Origin: Eledone cirrhosa
Lineage: Eukaryota
NCBI GenBank assembly: GCA_964016885.1
Contig: OZ024742.1
Span: forward strand, 274,722,001 to 274,786,000
Direction: 5' to 3'
DNA: 64,000 nt
In this document: positions 41,344 through 54,039 of the stretch, in pieces
Layout of the letters: the number at the start of each line of letters is the position of its first letter
How positions within the stretch are numbered: position 1 is the stretch's first letter
The notes under the pieces: model-generated
What the model was told of the DNA's origin: nothing
Seen by the model: the letters and a program-made list of their open reading frames with translations, nothing else
Database searches by the model: none
Program-made: the position numbers and the translations under genes

Positions 41344-44300
41344 GCTTTCTTTAGTAACCACAAGGGTTTACACAAAGTAACATATTAAGGACAATACAGG
41401 ACAATGCAGGGCGGTACAAATGGGTATTTCTGTGTCCAAAAAATAAACAAAAACAGAGGATGTAACAAAAAAGACACAATGCAAAATTCCCCAATAGGGG
41501 GGAGACTTCGGAGGGACATTCGTGGAGAAAGTCCATTAAAAAGGCCACGGTGACCCTGACCACCAGGGCAAGTACCCTCTCCCAGTTTTCCACCTTTAAT
41601 TTACAGGCACATACTCCGAGTAGGCCCATTCACTCAGGTCATTCTTGCCTCTCTCACCCATCTTTCAACAAAATGCTGGGAAGAGAGCACTTACTTCTTT
41701 ATCCTGAATTTCCTTTTCAAATGAAATTTGAAAAAGTTAATCAGGGCATCACCGAAGAGGTAAGTGCTCTTCTTCAGACATTTCAAACGCGTCCACCATA
41801 CTATTTCTTTCGCCATGGTCACCAGACAGATAAAAATTGTCTGCCCTTCCCGGCTAAAGAACGGAAGCGGGCCAATTCTCACGATGGACTCAGCTGATAG
41901 CCGGATCCGTCCTACACGTGACAGCAGGCATTCAACATAAACCCACTAGTCATAAATGCTCGGACACTGGACGAGTGCATGCAGGACGGTTACGTCGCCC
42001 TGCGCGCATCTCGGACATGCCCGGCTAACGGCACTTCCATGCCTGTTGAGATTATCCCGAACTGACAAAGCTCCTCGATAGCACTGCCAGGCCAGGGATT
42101 TCTGCAAGTTGTCCATAGGCCCCGGCCCGAAAGTTCTTCCGAAGAGGTTGGCTAGTTAATTTTCATCGACGCCTAGAGTTTCCCCAAGTACGTCGTCATT
42201 CTTCCCCTCCACTAGTACTCTATAGAACGTCAAGGTGGAGTTTCCACCGATCACATTGCCCGACTGGTCGAGAGCTTTGAGCGCCTGAAGAAATTCCAAT
42301 CTCCAAGGGCTCCCTCTCGGTCTTCGCTTGACCCAGGACTGCAGCTCCATCAAGGAGAGGAGCTGGGTAAAGAGGCGTCTAGCAAACGGCGACCACACCT
42401 GATCACCGTCGAGGAAGAGGTGGAGATGTCGTAGCCTGTGTGCCTGTCTGCGCATCATCAGCCACGGCATGCCCTGCCCTCCACGTAGCGGGTGTTGACG
42501 GCAGATGGACCGCCTAACCATCAGAGCGCGTCCCTTACACAAATAGCGAAAGAGAAAACGCTCCAGCGCAGTCAGGCAAGGCTTAGGACAAGGCACGACG
42601 GTCAGGCGGTAGTAGATAGCGGACGCGAAGCACGCATTCGCCACCTCCGCTCGACCCTTCAGGGATAGCTTCTCCTCTGCCCATTTCTGGGTGAGAGAAG
42701 CCACCTTGCTCGTCACCTCGTCCCAGATTTTGTCTGTCTGGAGGTCCGGACCGAACCAGAGTCCTAGCTATTTAACCGGTCCGTCCGTCCAACGACGGCA
42801 TGGACCTGCCTCTCCAGGTGTCGAGCTGCAGGCCAACCGACTTTTCCTGTTTGATCATTGCTCCTGTCACCGCCTCATATTCTCTTAATGTAGTGTCGAT
42901 TGCCTCGATGTATTTGACGGTCGATACCACTACGGTGACATCGTCCCCATATGCTGACACGGATCTTCCGCATCCTAGTTCTCGCGGGACCCCCCTCAAG
43001 GTCTCCAGTCTGTGCAGTAATGGCTCGATAGTCTATACGTACAAGAGAGAGGAGAGGGGACAACCTTGGTGGACCGAGCGCATGATGTTGAACGGTTCCG
43101 AAAGGTGACTGTTCACTCTCACCACAGAGAATGTCGCTGTTTATGGCAGCGATCCAGCCTCTGAAGACGGGCCCAAAGCCAGCCGCCCTCAGGACTGCCG
43201 CCAGATAACGATGATCGACCCTATCGAAAGATTTCGACTGATCTAAATTGATCAAGGACCCACCCGTACCAGGTTCCATCTCCCACCAGACCACCAACGA
43301 CAAGCGCCAAGATCTTTGCTAGCACCTTGGCCAAAATCTTGAACTCTGTGTTTAGCAGAGTTATGGGTCTGAAATTATCTATGTTATCCTCCTTGTTCGG
43401 ATCCTTTCTCAGCAGCACCACCGCTCCTCGCCACACGGGTCTATTGAAAGGCTTTCGTCCCCTCGTGACAGAGAGCACACACCCTAGCTCTAACTGCGTT
43501 ACCTTCCTGCTTTGCCAATTTCGCTGCAAATACTTCGGTCGCGATGCCTTTACTAAGCGCCTCGTCTAATTTTCTAACTAATTCTCCCTCTGCTCTATTT
43601 TTCTCTATTGCTAAAGCCTTACTAAACCTAATGGTCTCTATTCTAATCACTCTTTTCAGAGCAAACCACCATTTGTTGTTGACGATAGCCCCTGTCAACG
43701 CCCGCTTAACTTGTTCGCTAGTCCGGTCTCTGTAGGCCTTGAGCGCTGTTAATGACGCGTTTAGCTTCCAGTAGCCGTATCCCTGTCTATGAAGCCTATC
43801 TAATTCAACCACACAGATCACGAATTTGTGGTTCGTGTAGTCGACTATTTCGAAATGTGGACAGCCTATGCTAGACCTATCTATTTCCCTACAAAATACC
43901 CTATCTAGATATGATCTGGATGACCCGATGCGTTTTGACCATATCCACATTGGCACATTCGGGAAATCCAGACGGTACCTGTCGGAGAGTTTAAACCGCC
44001 TGAGCAGGTTTGCGAGGCCTTTACACCCTCCTCCCCTATCCGCTAATCCCACACAATTCCAGCGTGCAACTAAGATCCCGTTCCAGTCGCCCACTAACAC
44101 TAAAGAGTGGGACGTTCCAAGAAAGGTCTCCAGACGACGGAAGAAATCAGGCCGCCCTGTTCCTGTCGGGGCGTAGACAGCCTCTATCCTGAAGCTTGCC
44201 CGTCTCCTAAGGTCACGTCCAGCACCACCAACGTACCTTTTAGGTCCAGGAAGATGGCCCGTATGGCGAGATCCAAGCCTCTCCGAAAAAGCACAGCAAC

Positions 44301-45703
44301 TCCTTCCCCCGATCCAGGACGGATGGGAGATGCGTACACATCGTAGCCGCCGAAGATCGGTGCGAAGGCTCATGCTTCGGAGATTCTGGTCTCGTTGATG
44401 CCCACCACATCTATGTTTAGTGACCTGACGTCGTTGAGCAGGTGGCCCTGCTTCCATTACGACTCCAGGCCACGGGCATTTATGTTGCCTATTCTGAGTG
44501 AGGTCATGTTGAAATGGAGTGGAAAAGATGGGAAAGACCACTTACCTTACTTCTCGTAGAGGAAGGATGGTTTGTCCATCCTTTTCACTGCTTGTGGCCT
44601 CCTCCGGAAGGATGTCCTTATAAATCCTCCTGGAGAGTCTTTGTCGGAAATTCCGATGTGCTTGGGGAATATTTGTTGTAGTGTCGTGTACGTTTTCTGT
44701 GTGATGCGAGTGATTTGTATGTGTGGATGTGGTGTGAATGTTTGGGGTGTTGTGTAGTCTTTTTCTGTGATGCTGGTATTGTGTTGGATGTAGTGTAATA
44801 ATTAGTTGTTGTTCTAATGTAATTCTTTCTACATTTGGCACAAGGCCAGCAATTAACCATTGCATTACTGGTACTTTATTTTATCAACCCCGTAAGGATG
44901 AAAGACAAAGTTAACCTCGGTGGGATTTGAACTCAGATCGTAAGTGGACGTAACTATGCTGCAAAGCATGGCTTCCGACCCTCTACAGATACTGCCAATA
45001 ATGTAATGCTGTGTAGTGTGTATCGTTTTGGTTGTTTTGTTTTGTTTGCGTTTGTTGTGGGTTTGTTTCTGTTTCGCTTTTTGGTGATTTTTGTGGTGTT
45101 GGTGATGGTTGTTGTGGGTTTAATGATGGTGATGGTGTTGGTTTTTGTGTTGATGAGGCTGGTGATGCTGGTGTAGGTGGTGTCATAGCTGTCTTAACAT
45201 TTTTATTTGTTTGCTTATTTGTTTCCTCCTGTATTTTGTTTCTGGAGGGTGAAGGAAGAGGTTTTTTTCTTTTTGGGGTTCTTTTTTTTATGTTTTCCTG
45301 ATACAGTTTCCCACTCCTCCTCATCGTAACAATCTGTCTCCAGTTGGGATAGATCGGGGAGTGGAAAATCCTCCACAAGCGTTGGTTTTGGTTGTGGCGT
45401 GGTGGATGGTAGAGGCGCTAGTATTAATATTGGCGCAGTCGGTAGTGGTGGTGTTGGTTTTGCTGCTGTTGCTGGGGTTGCTGCTGCTACAGTTGCTTCT
45501 GTTGTTGCTGCTACAGTTGTTGCTGCCATCTCTGCTACTGGTGGTGTTGATGGTTGAGTCACTGAGGTGGGTAGAAGAGGTGGCCTCAACCTTTTAGCCT
45601 GAGGGCAGAAAGCCCTTAGGTGGGTCCCTTCACCACAAACGACACTCCTAGGCCTTCTACCCTCGACGACTACGGTGAGGTGGCTGCCGTCAGTGAGGTC
45701 TAT
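41344..45703 (-). mobile_element. Third L1/Tx1-type LINE, 5'-truncated, with an internal deletion near 43435
   Basis: Closely similar to 28988-33525 (YGDD at the RT site; APE in ORF 43441-44541). Confidence 0.92.
44824..44999 (-). mobile_element. SINE inserted in LINE ORF1
   Basis: SINE core present; TSD taatgtaat. Confidence 0.88.
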
Positions 45704-46644
45704 TTGATTTTTAACATATTTAAAAGAATTGTGATATAACAATTCTTAGTACAAATGGGACATAAGGCACCAGGCTTAGCTCTCAGAAAATGCAGATCCA
45801 TAATATCCTTAAATATCGCTCAAATATTCAATTTTGTATTATAAATTTTATATTGAAAAACGAAAATGGTTATAAATGGAAGAAAACCTCCTCTGCCTAC
45901 ACTATATAGAACAGCCAAATAACAGCAATTTCACCACCACCACAACCTAGACTACCACCTGTCCCACCACCCCTCTGTGTACACTAAATACAACAGCCAG
46001 ATAACGGCAATTTCACCACCACCACCACCAATCCCGGAATAAGTATAAGGATTTCTTTTAACAATAATAATAATAATAATTACTATTATTGTATCTCAAG
46101 TTTTCCCAAAATGTTTAATTCAAATATTAAGGAAATATGTCAACATATATATTAAACATAGGCGACAAACCGCATATACATACAGATCAAATAAACGCAC
46201 ACTATCTAAAGTCTATTCAACAGAACTCAGTAACGACAACGCCATAACTACAGTCACCGCCGCTGCCACTCCATCATTGCTACCACTATGCCATTACCGC
46301 CGTCACCACGCCATCACTGCTACCCCACTACCTTCTGTTAACTTAAGAAAGGAGAAGGTGGCGGTATCACTAGACAAGGGAGAGGCTAGCAAAAGATATA
46401 AATAAACTGACTTAGTGACCCGGTCAAACATCAACGATTATGGCACTGCTGGCTCCCCCCTTCCCCACCAACAATAGAAAAATTCCCAGCACCACCACCA
46501 CCGACATAGCCAACAACAACAATAGGAAACAACAACAAAAAGTATATTATATTATTAATAATAATTTCATTCTTAAGCCACACAGTGCTCACATTAAGGA
46601 ACCACTGATGATAAAAACAATTTAAAAAAGAAAAAAAGAAGAAA

Positions 46645-47335
46645 ACCCCGTGACCAAGAAATACCGGGATGGCGGCCGATGTAGAATAGCCGTGTCTCTA
46701 AGGGTGGACGACCCCTCTAGTCTTCGTTGACACTCGTCCTAGGAGTGGTAACACGAAATGATTACCCCTTGGTAGTTAAGGATAAAACGCAACAAAATGA
46801 AGTCAATGTCAAATGATAAAATCTCATACCGGATCGGCCGTCACCCGGGTCAAAAAGGGCCGTGTCCCTCAGAGAGGAACTAGACTGGGGTCGAAAAATA
46901 AGCTAATGGTTCAAACCTTCCCATCAATTCGGAGTTGGAGACATCCCATAACCGAAATACTCCTACTGCTGGCCTTCCATGCTCACCACCAAGTAATCCA
47001 AAGAAAAAGAGAGAAAAATGGTTAAGGGCAGACAATAAAGAAGTCCTTGAGGCTTTCTACAGTGTCATGTACTACCCATCAAATAGATCGAATACAGAAC
47101 AGACATATATCAACTGAAAAATGAAACATCCCGAAAACAGAGGCTATATTGACAGTAACAAACTAGCCAATATATGAAGAAATATTGTTAAAAAAAAGTT
47201 ACTAACTCATAGAAATTGATCAGATCAAGCAATTAGCACAAAGTCAGCGAAGGGAAAATGAAACATGTGTCAGTGAAAACGAGGTAAATTGTAACACTTC
47301 GAATCCCAGGGTTTTGGCGGAATCACTGGCAGCAG
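46645..47335 (+). mobile_element. R4/Dong-like non-LTR element, 5' UTR plus N-terminal fragment
   Basis: KREKWLRADNKEVLEAFY..TYIN*KMKHPENRGYIDSNKLANI*RNIVKKKLL resembles the R4-clade Myb-like N-terminus. Recognised from memory, not by search. Confidence 0.6.
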
Positions 47336-47687
47336 AATAAATTAATGAGTATGGAGAGATATGCATGTGTGTACATTTAGATTTTACGTTATTATTGAGT
47401 ACATGTGTGAGTGTGTGTCTGTGTGTGCAAATACGTGAGCAAAAAACCACACGTTTTTTTTGTCCGTTCGTATTTCTATGTAGACGCAAATACGCTTATG
47501 TGAGAAAGTATACGTCTACGTACTATTACGTATAAGCACGTGGTTGAGTGTGTGTATGTTTATGTCCTGGATATTTATCTTTATTTTTTTTCCCCTAAAT
47601 CCTTTTTGCCCATTTTTTCAACCTCACCTTCATATTTGATAAATTTTGTTTTCAAATGCATATTTAATAAAAACACCATGTTATTTA

Positions 47688-47749
47688 TTCATTCTGACGA
47701 CTGAAGACAGATATAAATATCTGCCTTCAAGAAACCACTGGTAAATGAA
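47688..47749 (+). ncRNA. Type I hammerhead ribozyme
   Basis: TTCATT-CTGACGA-cTGAAGaCAGATAT(aa)ATATCTGcCTTCAa-GAAA-CCAcTGG-TA-AATGAA. Confidence 0.88.
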
Positions 47750-48037
47750 ATAATTATCTTATGCTGTTTATTACATAACTAATAAGCTCTGTAGCCTACA
47801 TAGAGCAATCTCTTTTTTCCTGTACCATTCCTACGGAAATACTTCATTTACTGTACCTTTCCTACGGAAATACTTCTTATACTCCTCCCCACCATTCTTT
47901 ACTCTCATCTCTTCCTCCTCCTTACCTCCCCCCTCACTATTTCCCAATCTCATACATCAATCTTAAATTAATTTTCATATGTTGATTTAAAACTTCACTA
48001 TTCACAAGTGTTTTTTAAGTTTCATATCATGTATAAT

Positions 48038-48108
48038 TATTTTATCTGATGAAAACGCAGATATCATCCCATGATGATATTTGTTTTTGAAATGCGCATA
48101 ATAAAATA
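48038..48108 (+). ncRNA. Type I hammerhead ribozyme
   Basis: TATTTTAT-CTGATGA-AAAcGCAGATATCATC(ccat)GATGATATTTGTtTTT-GAAA-TGCGCA-TA-ATAAAATA. Confidence 0.9.
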
Positions 48109-48629
48109 CTTGGACCTCTTTTAACCATCTTTTGATCTTATATTATATATATATATATCAAAGTGGAAGGGCTGAAAATCACTTAGACCATTACTCACCA
48201 GAATAATCGATACTTGGTTTAGTAGAATGTTTAATACGAAAACATCGGGAACCCGCTTTTATCATGTCAGAATCCTGAAGCTGTATTGATACTGCTAAAA
48301 TCTTGTTTGTAATTCCCAGGCCGTTAGACCCATGTGCGTTTTGTTGGAGTATTTTTTCTTATAACGTTGCAGTTGTATACTTGACATTTCCCGGCATTTA
48401 CAATCGTGAAGGCAGATAGGATAATCCGTACAATTGCATTGCCTGATTTGGTTTGTGCCGTGCTCGGCGTGTTTTCAAATTTAATTCGATTTAGCTAAGC
48501 TAGATAAGCTATATTTTGGGCGAAATTAGTTGTGGCGAGAGTTTGACGGTCTTTCTATTGAAAATGTTGACATAGGAATAAGGCGGTAAAGGAGGTTTTT
48601 TAAGATGTGTGAAGAGGATATTAGATAAT

Positions 48630-48800
48630 TGTTTCTACTTTAGGCACAAGGCCAGCAATTACCCAGTGCATTACTGGTACTTTATTTTATCGACCCCGTA
48701 AGGATGAAAGGCAAAGTCAACCCCGGCGGGATTTGAACTCAGATCGTAAAGGGATGTAACTATGCTGGAAAGCATGGCGTCCGACTCTCTACCGATAATG
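48630..48800 (-). mobile_element. SINE
   Basis: Same core and B box as the other copies. Confidence 0.9.
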
Positions 48801-48849
48801 ATGCACTGATCGTTGTGGAGTGTTGAAGCAAGCACCTTGGTTTTCTTAG

Positions 48850-49430
48850 TTCTATCTCAGTTACTTCTCTGTTTTGGTTACCAAAGTTAAACAGGACGGA
48901 CGAATGGAATAACATCATCAACCATACCCAAACAAACAATACTGACCTAAGGGAAATATAAATAAATAAATATATACACATGTACAATAACAAGAAACAC
49001 ATATAAACACACACTAGTGAACAAATATAGAATACAAAAACAAAAACACATACACTTAAACACGAACACACACACCAAACATTAAATACACTCGCAAGCG
49101 CATGCGCAAACCGAGACAGAGACGAGAAGAAATAAATTAATAAACTAAATAAAAACGCCGTAGGCATTACAATACAACGGAAGGAAACATAATAGTACTA
49201 CTGATGAGGTCGCAGTTCTGTGACGAAAGAACTTTGAAAGACTATATATATGTATTTATATCTGTATTTCTAACCGTCCGTCAATCAATGATAAACATTA
49301 ACATTGATTGCCAAATAAATTAACTATGGAGATATGAAAGATACAGAAGCGAAAGCTAACCCAAACTAAACAGTTCCGTTATTAGTTCTCTGGCAATATT
49401 ATAACAATATGACCCTCCCCAAGTATAACA

Positions 49431-49435
<5 letters not shown>
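48850..49435 (+). mobile_element. PLE 3' UTR (relative of 7915-8500) with a hammerhead-like motif at 49193-49244
   Basis: CTGATGA-gGTCGCAG(tt)CTGTGAC-GAAAG. The tail gaccctccccaagtataacaata is followed by (TA)n. Confidence 0.7.
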
Positions 49436-49513
<78 letters not shown>

Positions 49514-49859
49514 CGGGTGATATAATCAATCGGTGATGAAACACGTGTTAGATTGTATAATACATCTCTTTCTAAATTTCTACTCACTCCTTGCCTGTTT
49601 TCCTAAAACAAAATAATAATTGATCCTAATTTACTCTATGAATTATTGCAAACAGTTCCATCCTCCGGGATTTAAAATATTTCAGAAAACATACGCGTTA
49701 AGGTGTTCTTTCACTAATATCTGTATAATAAGTAGCAATAGAAAATTTCTTCCCGTCCGACAAAGCACGCATGAACATGACGACCTTTATTTCCCCAGCC
49801 GAAATTATTTCCCCAATTCAGAAATAACTTTTACCTGCAGCACAGACAGTCAAGCACAA

Positions 49860-50130
49860 ATTCTACAAAGAGTGGCTTCGAAAATTGGTCCAGTCACTCC
49901 GTAAGGAAATTGCAGAAGATTGGGTACTGCACTACAATAAGGCATTTTCAATTAGAGAATTTCTGGCGAAACAAGAAACATTCCCCCTAAATCCTTATCC
50001 TCCTTACAGCCCATATCTAGCTCCGTGTGATTTCTACCTCAGTTAAAATTGAAGATGAAGTTTCTTAATTTAAAGACCATGGAAAACATACAAAAAATTC
50101 TAACCAAGGAGATAAAGACAATCACAGATA
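49860..50130 (+). pseudogene. Mariner transposase C-terminal relic
   Basis: 50002-50039 translates PYSPYLAPCDFY(L), matching the mariner YSPDLAPxDF motif. Confidence 0.75.
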
Positions 50131-51300
50131 TCAGTCCTCTCGGTGTTAAAACTGGATACGAGAGAAATGAATTCACATGTAGCGTGCCTGAGAACAAATA
50201 CCGCAAAGCGGAGCACCAGGCCATGCACACTGTAGATTTCCCGGAAGTACATAAAATCACTGGATACACAACATCCATCATGAATTGCCGAAAGTGCCAA
50301 AGACGCTGGAACCATAGGACATTCTCTAACAGTCGGCTCTTGAAACTACAACTCTTCAGTAAAAATATAAACAAGATGATCTGCAGAGCCATCAGCAAAG
50401 AAGACAAGCATTAATTTAGTCCACTCCGGTCCTTTACTATCATACCCCTTAGAGAAGAATCGGATTAGGGGCACAAAAACCAGTACACACTGGAAAACTG
50501 CACGAGTGGTGACACAGGTATGTGCCAACTAACATACCTGTGTCATACATTGCGTTCAATGCGACAAATGCAGAGACCTTTACATCATAGAACCATTAGA
50601 CCTCTCACACCCCATTAGAGAACACCTTAATAAACTTGCACACTCTTTCAGGAAACACCTAGACTAATGCAAATACAAATATAACAACAACATAACAGGC
50701 ACTACTGAAGTCAGGAAGGGAAACCTAGGCAAACTTCATATCAAAGAAGGAATCTTAATAATTAAGCTAAATACTCAAATCAACATATTAAAATTCAGCA
50801 CGAAATACTTAACATAAAAGCGCACACAAAGTATCTTCTGGTAAAATAACACACACATGCATAATAGCAAACTCTAAAGACAATTACAAATAGACTCTGA
50901 ATACTTGATATAAACAAGCACCCATACACAAGTCCAACCACGTAATCCGGAAAATCTAAAATACCCAACATATTACAACCCGTCATATTTACATTACCTT
51001 TTCACGTACAAACATAAAATACAAGATTTGACAGGAACACGCACACTCGCAAACACTACATTAAACGTGACAGTCCACAGACGATGACACTACTGGCAAC
51101 AGACAAGGAGAGGAGATCAAAATGGCGAACCGATAATGACAAACAGAACTATCTCTGACTCATTTTGTTATTATGGTTTTCTGATGAAGAGTTTTCGACC
51201 AAAAATATTAGGACAGCTAAATAAAAGAACAGGTGATGCACCAACAGTTTTTTTGCCCTCAGTTTTCTCAGAAACCTACCTTTGATTTTACATTGTTGTA
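50130..51300 (+). mobile_element. Decayed PLE GIY-YIG end and 3' UTR
   Basis: ~50550-50625 gives CVQCDKCRDLYI..IRPL..IREH across frameshifts; HIKEGILIIKLNTQIN at ~50740-50785. Confidence 0.6.
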
Positions 51301-51382
51301 GCCTTCAAATATCATACTACTTTATACATCAACATAATGCTTCCTGTAATTTACAACACCCTCTTATAGATCGACACACATA

Positions 51383-51507
<125 letters not shown>

Positions 51508-52485
51508 TGTGTGTGTCTGAGTGTATATGTGTGCATGAACAAGATAGCAGAGATATTAACACCTAAAATCTCTTGGTCGATATATGAAAAATAGACTAGT
51601 ACAAGAGCTGTCTGATGAAATCGTATCTGAAGGTTTAGAATTACGTTACAACTACCATGGACATTCATATCAGACCTAATATATGATAAATGAAATGTGA
51701 TGAAATATAACTTTACTTTATTTTATATGTAATTACGTATATAAATATATACATGTATATATGTATATGTTTATGCATGCATGTATGTTTGTGACTGTGA
51801 ATATCTGTATTAATATATGCGTGTGTTAATTCTGTATATTCGAATGTATAGATTACTGTTTCCTGAAAAATTCTGTATATTCGAATTTATAGATGACTGT
51901 TTCCTGAAATATTGCTCCCTCTTTTTGATAATATTTCTCATTTTTTTTAGAGCTGTCTGTTTCTTTTGTGTTTATTTTCGCCATATATCATTATCTTTAT
52001 TTCATATTTAATAACTGAAATATAATACGAGATTCTCTTCAATCATGCTAGCAGAACGTTCTTCTTACTCTTCACTAGAATCAGTCAGATGGTTGGCGTG
52101 ACCATTGAAATTAGATTGGTTTCTGAAATTCTGAAATGTCTAAAAGTATTTGCTTGCTGTTGTTTCATGGTGTTTTACTTGTTAGTCTTTATATGGCTGT
52201 AACCATATTTGAACCTACGTATTTTATTTATTATACGAATATGGGACTGTCGCTCACAATGTGAAGACGAAAGCAATTTGGGATAGTAGCACACCATTAT
52301 CGAACAGAATGTCTGGGGCCAAGGAGAATTTGCCTTTGACTTTACGGAAGTATGTTTATTTTATGAATATGATGGTTATATGTATACACGTTAGTCATTT
52401 AATCGACTTTTAACACCTAGTGTATATCTTCACGGTTCATATAAGTTGTGCATAATTAAATAGTCGAAACGTATTAACCTATCTA

Positions 52486-52683
52486 TCTATATACTATCAA
52501 AAGTCTGTTATTGTGTGCTTGTCTGAAATCTAATACAGCCGAAACGGCTCATAATAGTAAAATGCTTAGAAAGGAAGTTGCCCCACGAGTGGGAATAAAA
52601 ATGGAATATCATGTTTCGCCTAAATCGGACCACGGTCCCCGGCATACAGGTTTTTTCTGAGTACCTTCAAACATAGAGAGTGA

Positions 52684-52724
<41 letters not shown>

Positions 52725-52750
52725 AGAGAGAGCTAGTGGTGTTGTTGAAT
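52486..52750 (+). mobile_element. Helitron-like 5' fragment
   Basis: Starts A|TCTATATACTA. Homologous in inverted orientation to ~56280-56520 (aatctaatacagcc; gtaccttca; AG tract). Confidence 0.55.
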
Positions 52751-52808
52751 AAAATATGTCTGTATATATATATATATATATATATACATATGTATGTCTG
52801 TGTGTATG

Positions 52809-52849
<41 letters not shown>

Positions 52850-52861
52850 ATGTGTGTACAT

Positions 52862-52958
<97 letters not shown>

Positions 52959-53010
52959 AATATTAATTCAAAATATTAATAAATGTAGACATTCACGTAA
53001 TAAAAATATA

Positions 53011-53072
53011 TTTTATTATATATATTTCGGAGGTACTGTGCTGTTTTGTCAGTACGTCCTCATCAGATAAAA
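53011..53072 (-). ncRNA. Type I hammerhead ribozyme
   Basis: TTTTAT-CTGATGA-GGAcGTACTG..CAGTACcTCC-GAAA-TATATA-TA-ATAAAA. Confidence 0.88.
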
Positions 53073-53919
53073 TACATAAATTGATGTATGACATACCTCA
53101 ACTGTGCTGATGGTTCAATTCCAGTCTCTGCCAAGACTGGAATTGAACCATCACATTCAGTTATGTTTGAAGTGCAGTAAAATATACCAGACTACAAAGT
53201 TTTTCCTCGGAAATAATGCAAATAATGCAAATTATGTTCAGAATTACATTTTTTTCTTTCATACAAAAGAAACGATAATCAAAGGTAAACCCGTCCCAGG
53301 ATATGCTTTAATTTGTTTGAATATAATAATTGATGGACAGTAGTGGGGGTTTCAGAAGATTAATGAAGTTCTTGTTCACTTAGATTTATTTTAGTATAGT
53401 TTTTAATGTTGAAACATAGATAGTGTTTTATATGTAGAACGATGCATGCATTTGGATTGAAAGACCCGTTGTAATTAATTTAATCTATGAATTAGAGGTA
53501 GTAAAATCAATAAATTCAGCCGAGTTTGAGATATCTACATCATTAATTCAGTCATTGATGAAGGAATCCAGTGATGAAAGCTCCAGTAGAACGGGACGAT
53601 ATAATTTCTAATAATACTATGTGAAATATTTATTGAGCGATTTTTTGTAAGTTGATGATATTCCTGTTAAAGATATTGATATATTTGTTACTAACCTTGT
53701 AGCTTAGTTCCTTGAGTACGCAGATTGTGTAAACATATGGTCTAATTCAATGCGTTGGTGAATATTCGTAATGCCAAATTTAGTATATTGAGGCCTATAT
53801 TATTATATATAGAGCTATTGGAATAAGCAGAGGTTTTGCTGGGTTTTCGAGTGAAAGAAACAGCCACGTAGAATACTGTTAGATGGCCAATGTCTCTCTC
53901 TCACTCTCTCTCTCTCTCC

Positions 53920-53973
<54 letters not shown>

Positions 53974-54039
53974 ATCTTTCCCTCTCTTTCTCCCTCATTC
54001 TCTCTCTCTGTCTCTCTTTCTCTCTCCCACTCTCTCTAT

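Noticed and set aside
53340-53880. Possible very old PLE fragment on minus (YINIFNRNII)
   Set aside because: It rests on a single short motif and is too decayed to call.
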